Positions 26,902-34,769 of a DNA stretch of 59,235 nt are shown in pieces. The stretch spans positions 1-59,235 of the forward strand of contig JAUVZV010000002.1 in the NCBI GenBank assembly GCA_030602375.1. The letters are read 5' to 3'. The stretch's first letter is position 1, and each line of letters opens with the position of its first letter. The translations under genes were made by a program, and so were the position numbers. The notes beneath the pieces are model-generated. The model was not told the origin of the DNA. It saw only the letters and a list, made by a program, of their open reading frames with translations, and did no database searches. The DNA is from Chloroflexota bacterium (GTDB lineage Bacteria > Chloroflexota > Dehalococcoidia > Dehalococcoidales > JAUVZV01).

Positions 26902-27166
26902 TTAGGGTTGACGCCATGTTAAGCGATACGGGGGTACTTCCTCCATGGCAGCAATGACCCCCGGGTCACTAACTTCCCATATCTTAATTAGCTTTTCCAC
27001 CATTGCCTTTCTGGCTTCAGTGAAGGTAGCTTCAGTCCCTTTTTCTGCCGGGCTACAGGCTGCGAATAATATCAGTATTAGGAGTACCGCTACTATCAGT
27101 TGTCTTTATAGGAAGCTTCTGTCCTTTTCTCTTAAGGAATGTTAAAAAAGTGGACTCTATAGCCAA
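26902..27166 (-). pseudogene. possible frameshifted small lipoprotein gene
   Basis: One minus-strand frame reads (TTG)AIESTFLTFLKRKGQKLPIKTT.. and stops shortly after. The +1 frame continues LIVAVLLILILFAACSPAEKGTEATFTEARKAMVEKLIKIWEVSDPGVIAAMEEVPPYRLTWRQP*. Joined together, these form a canonical n-region, h-region and lipobox. Confidence 0.3.
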
Positions 27167-27248
27167 ATACTATCTTATCCAAAAACAGCGGTCAAGCTTT
27201 GACCAGCCCGTCTGGTTTTAGTTATATTAGGCAATAGCGAGGGTCTTT

Positions 27249-28496
27249 TTATTGGTACTGGCGGAAGATGAGCACCGAGTTATGCCCACCAAAGCCTAAT
27301 GAATTGGACATGGCAGTCTGTATCCTGACCTGGCGTGCCTGGTTCGGCACATAGTCTAAGTCACACTCAGGGTCAGGATGAGTGAGGTTTATCGTCGGTG
27401 GTAACACCCCGCGGTTCATTGCTAAGATAGTTATCACCGCCTCAATACCCCCCGCTGCCCCTAAAAGATGCCCGGTCATAGATTTACTGGCTGAGATAGG
27501 AATATACCTGGCCTTATCTTGGAACACACTCTTAATTACAACGGTTTCCGTCCGGTCGTTAAGTAGAGTAGCTGTGCCGTGGGCATTGATATAATCAATG
27601 TCGTTAGGGCTAAGGCCAGCCCTCTTTAAGGCAAGCCTTACCGCTCTAGCACCACCCTCACCATCAGGTGAGGGTTGGGTGAGGTGAAAAGCATCACTGG
27701 CGGCGCTATAGCCCACAATTTCAGCCAAGATAGGGGCTCCGCGCTCCAAGGCATGGGTGGCATCTTCGAGAACTATCATGGCAGCACCTTCACCTAAGAC
27801 GAACCCATCCCGCTCAGCGTCAAAAGGACGACACGCCGCCTGCGGATTATCATTTCTTGTTGACAAGGCTCGAATAGCACCAAAGGCAGCCACTACCAGA
27901 GGAATAATAGGTGCTTCGGTACCACCAGCCACCATGACCTTGGCATTACCCTGAAGAATTGCCTCATATGCCTGGCCAATGGCATCGCTACCGCTAGAGC
28001 AAGCCGATGAGGGGGCGTAATTTACTCCCTTGGCACCCAAGGTCAAAGAGACCTGAACTGAAGCGGCATCCCCAGTCATTGCTGGGGCCAGAGCCGGGCT
28101 TACCCTTCTGGGGCCCATCTCGCTCAGTACCTTAAACTGCTCACAAACCGAGAGCAACCCACAGACACTGTTACCAACAATAACCCCAATCTCTTCAGCA
28201 TTATCTCCGTTTATGGTTAATCCCGCCGCTTCCACCGCCTGAAGGCTAGCGGCGACAGCAAATTGAGTGAACCTATCCATGTGCCGAGCCTGCTTTCGGC
28301 CAACATACATACTGGCGTCAAAGCCTTTAACCTCAGCGGCAAACCTAGTCTCAAAAGGAGTAGGGTCAAAGCTGGAAATATAGTCAACCCCTGAGCATCC
28401 AGAGACAAGCGCCTGCCACATATCGGAGGCACTAAGACCAACGGGGCTTATTACCCCGAGGCCAGTAACCACCACCCGCCGCTGATTGTTAAACAC
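27249..28496 (-). CDS. fabF: beta-ketoacyl-ACP synthase II, copy 1
   Basis: Motifs are RRVVVTGLGVISP, active-site SSACSSGSDAIG, NAHGTAT, SKSMTGHLLGAAG and GFGGHNSVL. I prefer the GTG at 28496 after AGGAG; the track's TTG is at 28556. Confidence 0.85.
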   Translation of the reverse strand: MFNNQRRVVVTGLGVISPVGLSASDMWQALVSGCSGVDYISSFDPTPFETRFAAEVKGFDASMYVGRKQARHMDRFTQFAVAASLQAVEAAGLTINGDNAEEIGVIVGNSVCGLLSVCEQFKVLSEMGPRRVSPALAPAMTGDAASVQVSLTLGAKGVNYAPSSACSSGSDAIGQAYEAILQGNAKVMVAGGTEAPIIPLVVAAFGAIRALSTRNDNPQAACRPFDAERDGFVLGEGAAMIVLEDATHALERGAPILAEIVGYSAASDAFHLTQPSPDGEGGARAVRLALKRAGLSPNDIDYINAHGTATLLNDRTETVVIKSVFQDKARYIPISASKSMTGHLLGAAGGIEAVITILAMNRGVLPPTINLTHPDPECDLDYVPNQARQVRIQTAMSNSLGFGGHNSVLIFRQYQ

Positions 28497-28698
28497 GTCG
28501 CCATTCACTCCTATAATTTGTTTTTTTGATGCGGTTTGATTCAATAAAGAGGGCAAGATCTTGGGGAATAATACGGTAGCTTCGCCCTAAACGTATAGCG
28601 TCAAGCTTACCCCGTCGAATATAACTGTACACGGTTAGCACATGAACCTGAAGGATTCCGGCTACTTGTTCCGAGGTAAGTAAGTTGCTACTTTCCAT
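28489..28698 (-). CDS. small excisionase/MerR-type helix-turn-helix (HTH_17-like) DNA-binding protein
   Basis: MESSNLLTSEQVAGILQVHVLTVYSYIRRGKLDAIRLGRSYRI. I prefer ATG 28698, with an alternative ATG at 28773. The 3' end overlaps the fabF start by 8 nt. Confidence 0.6.
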   Translation of the reverse strand: MESSNLLTSEQVAGILQVHVLTVYSYIRRGKLDAIRLGRSYRIIPQDLALFIESNRIKKTNYRSEWRRV

Positions 28699-28804
28699 AC
28701 TTAATGCCTCACAGCCTGGCTTGGTTTCTCCATATTCTGGTTTATCTAAGTATAATTTGGTTAATTCCAGCATAGGTGATTAACTATATCTTGTGAAGTG
28801 ATAT

Positions 28805-28824
28805 TGTTCTAGAACACTGTTCTA
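28805..28824. promoter_or_regulatory. operator-like triple half-site TGTTCT-AGAACA-c-TGTTCT
   Basis: Two overlapping exact palindromes, tgttctagaaca and agaacactgttct, lie in the divergent intergenic region. The array overlaps the -35 position of a minus-strand TATAGT (28783-28788). It lies upstream of a plus-strand TGGTAAAAT (28861-28869). Confidence 0.4.
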
Positions 28825-28902
28825 CATCGCATCGCTGAGGATTCCGACACAAAATTGATGTGGTAAAATACCTTGACCTCGAAACTGAAAAGGAGGCTTT
28901 AA

Positions 28903-31236
28903 GTGAAGAAGAGCCTGCTTTTTGCTTTGATGCTCATGGGCTTTACCTCCGTGGTAGCCCAGGTACTATTAATCAGAGAGCTGCTGGTAACCTTCCATGG
29001 AAATGAGTTATCAATAGGGATTATTCTAGCCAATTGGCTTATTCTTGAGGCTATCGGCAGTGGCTTTCTGGGGAAGCTTTCGGAAAAGGTAAGCCGGGCT
29101 TGGCAAGCCTTTGCCGGGTTACAGCTTGCAATCTCTATATTAATACCTTTAGTTATCTATGGGACTCGGCTTGCCAAAAGCTTTATCGGCCTTACCTTTG
29201 GGCAGGCGGTAGATTTAGGACCCATATTTTATACCTCTTTTCTTCTGCTTGCCCCCTTAGCCCTTTTTGATGGTGCTCTATTTACCTTCGGCTGCAAAAT
29301 ATATAGTTCTGAAGTAGAGAAGGGGGCTCCAGCTGCGGGTAAGGTTTATGGCCTTGAAGCCATCGGTGCCGTGACCGGCGGGGTAATGGTCACCTTCCTT
29401 TTCATCCCTTATTTTAATTCCCTGCAGGTAGCTTTTATTCTGGCCGCCTTAAACCTTCTTTCAGCCTTTCTTCTTTTAATTCTCTTCGGTAGGATACCGG
29501 CGATATTGACCCGACTGAAGACAATACCCCCAAAAGATAAGAATTTTCTTAAAGGAAGTATTTGCTTTCTAGCCGTGGTGGTTATCCTCTTAACTTCAAG
29601 CCTTTATGTGCTTTTCACTCCGAGAGCAGATGAGTTAGAAGCCCATTCACTTAAGAGGCAATGGAGCGGCTACGAGCTTAGATTTTCCCAGAACTCAATT
29701 TATGGAAATGTCGCTGTCATCGAAAGGGAGAAGCAGTTTACCTTCTTCGCTGACGGAATCCCCATCATGACTACCCCGGTTCCCGATATAGCCTTCGTTG
29801 AAGAACTGGTACACCTGCCGATGCTTTTTCATCCATCGCCGCAAAAGATTCTTCTAATCAGTGGCGGTGCCGGGGGGGTACTAAACGAGATACTTAAGCA
29901 CCCCATTGAGAGGGTTGATTATGTCGAGCTTGACCCGTTGCTAATTGAGGCAGTGCAAAGATTTCCTACGCCGCTTACCGAATCAGAGCTTGGAAATCCG
30001 AAGGTGAGAATTGAATACATTGATGGGAGAAAGTATGTAAATACTTCCACCCAGAGATATGACGTAGTCATCGTTAACTTACCGCCACCCTCTACTCTTC
30101 AATTAAATAGGTTCTACACCAAAGATTTCTTTAGTCAGGCCTATAAGATCTTAAATGAGGATGGTATTTTAACTATTTGTTCTCCGGGCTCCTTGACCTA
30201 TCTCAGTGAGGAACTTATTAGTCTAAACGCCTGTATTCTTCAAACATTAAACGACACCTTCGCTTATGTTCGACCTATCCCGGGTGAGGTTAATCTTTTT
30301 CTGGCCTCTCCTTCAGCTCAAATCCTTGATATTGACCTCTCTACTCTTATTAAGCGATTCCATGAGCGTGAGCTTAAGACCAAACTTTTTACCGACTTTT
30401 ACCTTGAATACAAGTTACGCCAAGACCGATTCCATTGGTTTACGGAGTCAGTAACTAAAGTCCAAGATATAAGGCTAAATAGCGACCTTTCCCCCTCTGG
30501 ATTATTCTATGAACTTTCCCTCTTGAATGCTGAATTCTCCCCCAATCTCAAGGGGATCTTCAGCCTGATGGGGAAGGCAAACATACCAATCCTCCTAGTA
30601 CCAATTGGTATACTCGCTATAGGTTTTTGGTTAGTCAGAAAAAGAACGCCTAGGCTGAAAAAAGCTGCCATTCCGATTGCCATCATCACTACTGGATTTG
30701 CTGGGATGGCTTTTAATATGATACTTATCTTCGCCTTTCAATCCTTTTATGGATATGTTTATCACACCATCGGGCTACTGACCGCCGCCTTTATGGTAGG
30801 ACTAGCCCTAGGCAGCATCGGGATGAGTCATTTGATGAACAAAATTAAAAAAGACCTGTCCTCTCTGGTAAAACTGGAAGCACTGGTCCTTTCCTTCTCT
30901 CTCCTGGTTCCGGTAATACTGTTATTTTTGCACTCTTACCTAACCCAGCCGCTTGCATTTGCTCCGGTGCAAAGCGTAATTTATCTCTTGAGTTTTACTT
31001 CCGGGGTATTGGTTGGTCTTGAGTTCCCCCTAGCCAACAAGATTTACCTTAAAGGCAAAGAGCGAGTCGGTGAGGTAGCTGGAACGCTTTATGCCTCAGA
31101 CCTCTTTGGCTCTTGGGTTGGCGCGCTTGTAGTCAGCATTTTACTGGTTCCTGTATTAGGTATTGTTGAAACCTGCGTCCTTATTGCCTGTCTCAAGGTG
31201 GCAAGCCTAATCCTGGTGGTTACTTCAAAGTTGTAG
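28903..31236 (+). CDS. membrane-embedded spermidine-synthase-like (aminopropyl/methyltransferase fold) fusion protein
   Basis: 777 aa with a GTG start after AAGGAGG. It has ~7 N-terminal TM helices, then a central AdoMet-fold domain (LLISGGAGGVLNEILKH, VDYVELDP, YDVVIVNLPPP), then ~6 C-terminal TM helices. Confidence 0.7.
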   Translation: MKKSLLFALMLMGFTSVVAQVLLIRELLVTFHGNELSIGIILANWLILEAIGSGFLGKLSEKVSRAWQAFAGLQLAISILIPLVIYGTRLAKSFIGLTFGQAVDLGPIFYTSFLLLAPLALFDGALFTFGCKIYSSEVEKGAPAAGKVYGLEAIGAVTGGVMVTFLFIPYFNSLQVAFILAALNLLSAFLLLILFGRIPAILTRLKTIPPKDKNFLKGSICFLAVVVILLTSSLYVLFTPRADELEAHSLKRQWSGYELRFSQNSIYGNVAVIEREKQFTFFADGIPIMTTPVPDIAFVEELVHLPMLFHPSPQKILLISGGAGGVLNEILKHPIERVDYVELDPLLIEAVQRFPTPLTESELGNPKVRIEYIDGRKYVNTSTQRYDVVIVNLPPPSTLQLNRFYTKDFFSQAYKILNEDGILTICSPGSLTYLSEELISLNACILQTLNDTFAYVRPIPGEVNLFLASPSAQILDIDLSTLIKRFHERELKTKLFTDFYLEYKLRQDRFHWFTESVTKVQDIRLNSDLSPSGLFYELSLLNAEFSPNLKGIFSLMGKANIPILLVPIGILAIGFWLVRKRTPRLKKAAIPIAIITTGFAGMAFNMILIFAFQSFYGYVYHTIGLLTAAFMVGLALGSIGMSHLMNKIKKDLSSLVKLEALVLSFSLLVPVILLFLHSYLTQPLAFAPVQSVIYLLSFTSGVLVGLEFPLANKIYLKGKERVGEVAGTLYASDLFGSWVGALVVSILLVPVLGIVETCVLIACLKVASLILVVTSKL

Positions 31237-31255
31237 GCCTACTTGGGAAACGCTG

Positions 31256-32425
31256 TCATTTTTGATTCCAAATGCCGGGGATTTTAAGTCCGCAAAAGAT
31301 GCATTTCCCACCCTTGACATTATTTTCCGTAAGGGTAAGCCCGAGGCGCCCAATTAACTTCTCCCCACAGCCGGGGCAATAAGTATTATCTGCCTTATGC
31401 CCCGGAACGTTACCGATATAGACATATTTAAGCCCTACCCCGATTGCCGTCTCTCTTGCCTTCTCCAAGGTATCTATTGAGGTGGGAGGTAGTTTGGTTA
31501 GCTTATAGGCAGGGAAAAACCTAGTGAAATGCAGTGGCACATCCTCCCCCAGGTTTTCTTTAATCCATAGGCACATCTCTCTTATTTGGCTTATATCATC
31601 GTTTAAGGTAGGAATGATAAGGTTTACTATTTCTAGATGCTTCAACTCTTCTTTTACTATCATGGCTGACCGCAATACCGGCTCAAGCTCCCCCGAGCAA
31701 TTGGTGGCATAAAATTCTTCACTAAATCCTTTGATATCAATATTAACGGCATCAACATATTGAAGAAGCTCCCTTAAAGGCTTAGGATTGATAAAGCCAT
31801 TGGTATTAAGAAGCATCATAATTCCTCTCTCTTCGGCAAGCTTAGCAATATCGTACATATACTCGTAACCAACCGTGGGCTCGGTATAAGTAAATGAGAT
31901 AAGTTTCAAATCACTCCCTAAAGCAAGCCCCACCACTTGTTCAGGGGATAGGCTCTGGCTCTCCACCTCTTCTGGAGCCCTTTGTGAGAGGTACCAGTTT
32001 TGGCAATTTCGGCATTTGAGGTTACAGCTGGCAGTAGCCAAATTAAGACGCATGCCCCCGGGGCAGACATGAAATAGAGGTAACTTTTCAACAGGATCTA
32101 TGTTTAAGGCACACGGCCTAGCATAAACTAGCGAATATAGTTTGCCTTCGATATTCTTTCTGTTGCGGCAGGTACCCCTTTGCCCCTCTTCGATTACACA
32201 TTTCCTAGGGCAAATTTGGCATTGCACTGTTTCGTCATCCAGCTTAAGGTAATGCCTGGCCTCAGTAAGTGCTTCTTTGTCAGGGAAGGGCTCAGCCGGG
32301 GAGGCTGGGGTGGCATAATTTAAGATTAATAGTGATGTGATCATAACAAAAGCTATAAGTGCCAGTATTTCAATAGTTCTTCGTACCATCAAACTCTTGT
32401 TTGCTGCCAAAAAGAATAACCTCAT
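31256..32425 (-). CDS. radical SAM enzyme, PflA-like / AmmeMemoRadiSam (AmrS)-type, with N-terminal membrane anchor (paralogue A)
   Basis: Motifs are CNLKCRNCQNW, N-terminal CQICPRKC..GTCRNR and C-terminal CPGCGEK..CIFCG. The N-terminus is MVRRTIEILALIAFVMITSLLIL followed by a Pro-rich linker. Confidence 0.8.
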   Translation of the reverse strand: MRLFFLAANKSLMVRRTIEILALIAFVMITSLLILNYATPASPAEPFPDKEALTEARHYLKLDDETVQCQICPRKCVIEEGQRGTCRNRKNIEGKLYSLVYARPCALNIDPVEKLPLFHVCPGGMRLNLATASCNLKCRNCQNWYLSQRAPEEVESQSLSPEQVVGLALGSDLKLISFTYTEPTVGYEYMYDIAKLAEERGIMMLLNTNGFINPKPLRELLQYVDAVNIDIKGFSEEFYATNCSGELEPVLRSAMIVKEELKHLEIVNLIIPTLNDDISQIREMCLWIKENLGEDVPLHFTRFFPAYKLTKLPPTSIDTLEKARETAIGVGLKYVYIGNVPGHKADNTYCPGCGEKLIGRLGLTLTENNVKGGKCIFCGLKIPGIWNQK

Positions 32426-32455
32426 GTCAGCGACATGCTCTTTTGGCCAACAAAT

Positions 32456-32848
32456 CTAGCGTTTCAGGAATCGCTCAATAAGTTTTATCCTCCCGTCCCC
32501 ACCACATTTAGGACAGATTTCATAGCCTTTGCCTAAGCAGATATCACAAGGTGTGGTAGTCAAGGTGTTATAACGGCCGATGCTACCGCAGACAGGGCAA
32601 TCAGGGCTTTCGCCTCTACAGGCACATTCAACAGAAAATGGAATCGCTATCGCCCCAATGCCCTTACAGACCGGGCATTCAATCTTGCCGTCGCCATCAC
32701 AGTGTTGGCATTCGGTTTCAATCGTTACACCTGCTCCCAACGCCCCAACAATCACTATTCCCACAATAAGGATAATAATAAGACGGCGAGTTAGTATTCT
32801 AGGTTCATTAGTCCCAGATTCCGGGGATTGGGTAGCCACAATAGGCAC
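32456..32848 (-). CDS. membrane-anchored DnaJ-type zinc-finger (CxxCxGxG repeat) protein
   Basis: 130 aa reading TRRLIIILIVGIVIVGALGAGV. This is followed by CQHCDGDG, CPVCKGIG, CAC, CPVCGSIG, CDICLGKG and CPKCGGDG. The start is GTG 32848 or GTG 32839. It overlaps rSAM paralogue B by ~32-41 nt. Confidence 0.6.
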   Translation of the reverse strand: MPIVATQSPESGTNEPRILTRRLIIILIVGIVIVGALGAGVTIETECQHCDGDGKIECPVCKGIGAIAIPFSVECACRGESPDCPVCGSIGRYNTLTTTPCDICLGKGYEICPKCGGDGRIKLIERFLKR

Positions 32849-33956
32849 ATCTCCCTTCTTTTAGAAGATACTGCTGTACGATAAAGCCGACACGCTTGAT
32901 AATAAGCTCCCCGCATTGTGGGCAGAAGGTGCTGTTGGCGATATGTCCCGGAGCATTGCCGATATAAACATACTTCAGTCCCACTTCTTGAGCAATCTCT
33001 CTTGCTTTGTCCAAGGTCTCAAGTGGCGTTGGCGGCAGCTTCAGAAGCTTGTAAGCCGGGAAAAATCGGGAGAAGTGAAGCGGAGTGTCTTCACCGAGAT
33101 TATCCCTAATCCAAATACACATTTCTCTTAGCTTGTCCATATCATCATTCAAGGTGGGGATAAGTAAGTTCACCACCTCAAGCCATACCCCTTCTTCCTT
33201 TATTATTTTCAAAGTGCGTAGCACCGGCTCCAGTTCCGAGGAAGAAACATTTAGGTAAAACTCTTCAGTAAAGGCTTTTAAGTCAATGCAAGCAGCATCC
33301 ATATAGGGAAGAAGAGCCCGCAGTGGCTCTGGGTTAATGGTTCCATTGGAATGGAAATATGTTACCAGTCCCATCTCCTTTGCCAGCTTGGCTATATCAT
33401 ACATATATTCATAAAAAACTGTCGGCTCATTATAGGTAAAGGAAATAGAATTGCAACCTACCTCACCAGCCATCGTTACTGCTTCCTCAGGGGATAGAGC
33501 GATGTTATCTGTCTCCTCCACGGTTCTTTGCGACATGTGCCAGTTATGGCAGAAAAGACACTTCTGGTTACAACTTGCGGTACCAAAGCAAAGCGTTGTA
33601 TCCCCAGGCAAAAGGTGGAAAAGCGGTTCCTTTTCTACCGGGTCAATTTGTATAGCACAGGGATTGGCATAGACTAGACTATAGAGGGTGCCACCTATAT
33701 TTATCCTATTCTCACAGACGCCCCTAGCACCTTCCTGAATGGTACACTTTCTGAAGCAAAGCTGACATTGCACCATGCCATCACCAAGTTTCTGGTAATA
33801 TCTGGCTTCAGTAAGCTTCTCCTTAGGAGGTACCCCTTGGGGTGGGGAAGGAGCAGTAGTTTGCAAAATGATTGTCACCCCAATCACCACAAATAAACTT
33901 ATGGCAACTATCTCAATAACCCTTCGTGTTCTAGATTTCCAATTGTCAGTCACCAT
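32808..33956 (-). CDS. radical SAM enzyme, PflA-like / AmrS-type, with N-terminal membrane anchor (paralogue B)
   Basis: Motifs are CNQKCLFCHNW, CQLCFRKC..GVCENR and CPQCGEL..CAYCG. The N-terminus is KSRTRRVIEIVAISLFVVIGVTIIL. It shares blocks EYMYDIAKLA, LKYVYIGN and RFFPAYKL with paralogue A. Confidence 0.8.
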   Translation of the reverse strand: MVTDNWKSRTRRVIEIVAISLFVVIGVTIILQTTAPSPPQGVPPKEKLTEARYYQKLGDGMVQCQLCFRKCTIQEGARGVCENRINIGGTLYSLVYANPCAIQIDPVEKEPLFHLLPGDTTLCFGTASCNQKCLFCHNWHMSQRTVEETDNIALSPEEAVTMAGEVGCNSISFTYNEPTVFYEYMYDIAKLAKEMGLVTYFHSNGTINPEPLRALLPYMDAACIDLKAFTEEFYLNVSSSELEPVLRTLKIIKEEGVWLEVVNLLIPTLNDDMDKLREMCIWIRDNLGEDTPLHFSRFFPAYKLLKLPPTPLETLDKAREIAQEVGLKYVYIGNAPGHIANSTFCPQCGELIIKRVGFIVQQYLLKEGRCAYCGYPIPGIWD

Positions 33957-34722
33957 AAGTTCTCTCTTGCTTTCCCAGCCGGCTCTTCAAATCAATGGCT
34001 TTCCCCTGGCATCTAGTATAACACTGTAGGCACCTATTGCAATCTAAAGAATCCCAAACCTCGTGCCCACCCCTTGGGTTTAAGCCTGCCGGGCAGTACT
34101 TAAGGCAGTCCCGACAGTCAAGACACTTTTGAGGGTCACGCTTTATCTTAAGCAAACTATTTCGGTTAAATACCGAGAGCCAGGCACCAAACGGACATAG
34201 ATAATTGCACCAAGCTCGCGATAAAAAGAGGGCGAGCAAAAGGAAAACTATAGCCACCGTTAAACGCACCAGGCGCATCCCTTCAGTATGCCCAACCATA
34301 AAAGACCACAGCCCCTCGCCACCCCAGAGGCCCAAGGCTTCTATCAATAAAGCGATAAGCAGAATAGCAATAGCGAACTTCAAATACCTCAGTGATTTAT
34401 TCACAGTTGGTTTTATGGGAATCTTCTTCAACGGGATTTTAAAAAGCAAATCTTGAGCCACACCGAAGGGGCAAAATAGTCCGCAGAAAGTTCGCCCGGC
34501 AAGAAGACTAGTCCCCAGTATCCCGTAAAATAGCCAGAGACGAATCTGACCAAAATTACAGAACACGGGGCAGGCATGGCACATGATGAAGGGTAAAGGA
34601 TAAGGGCAGCCCAAAAATCCCCCGCTTACCCCGGAGCCAAACCACCAGCCAAAGATTGCTATCGGGCCGAGGATTGTCAAAAAGATTATTTGAAAGAGGA
34701 CCCGCAGCTTTTCAAGTCTCAT
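33946..34722 (-). CDS. NapH/NosR/RdhC-like integral-membrane polyferredoxin
   Basis: 258 aa with several TM helices. CX3CP motifs are FCGLFCPFG and WCNYLCPFG. C-terminal cluster motifs are CLDCRDCLKYCP and CNRCLQCYTRC. Confidence 0.7.
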   Translation of the reverse strand: MRLEKLRVLFQIIFLTILGPIAIFGWWFGSGVSGGFLGCPYPLPFIMCHACPVFCNFGQIRLWLFYGILGTSLLAGRTFCGLFCPFGVAQDLLFKIPLKKIPIKPTVNKSLRYLKFAIAILLIALLIEALGLWGGEGLWSFMVGHTEGMRLVRLTVAIVFLLLALFLSRAWCNYLCPFGAWLSVFNRNSLLKIKRDPQKCLDCRDCLKYCPAGLNPRGGHEVWDSLDCNRCLQCYTRCQGKAIDLKSRLGKQERTYGD

Positions 34723-34769
34723 CTAAACCCCTAAAAGCAGAGGCTATGCCTTAAATAATTTAGTGATAA

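Noticed and set aside
26945-27145. 66-aa plus-strand ORF in the 26.7-27.2 kb intergenic region
   Set aside because: It has no RBS and is the antisense of the much more gene-like lipoprotein signal frame on the minus strand.
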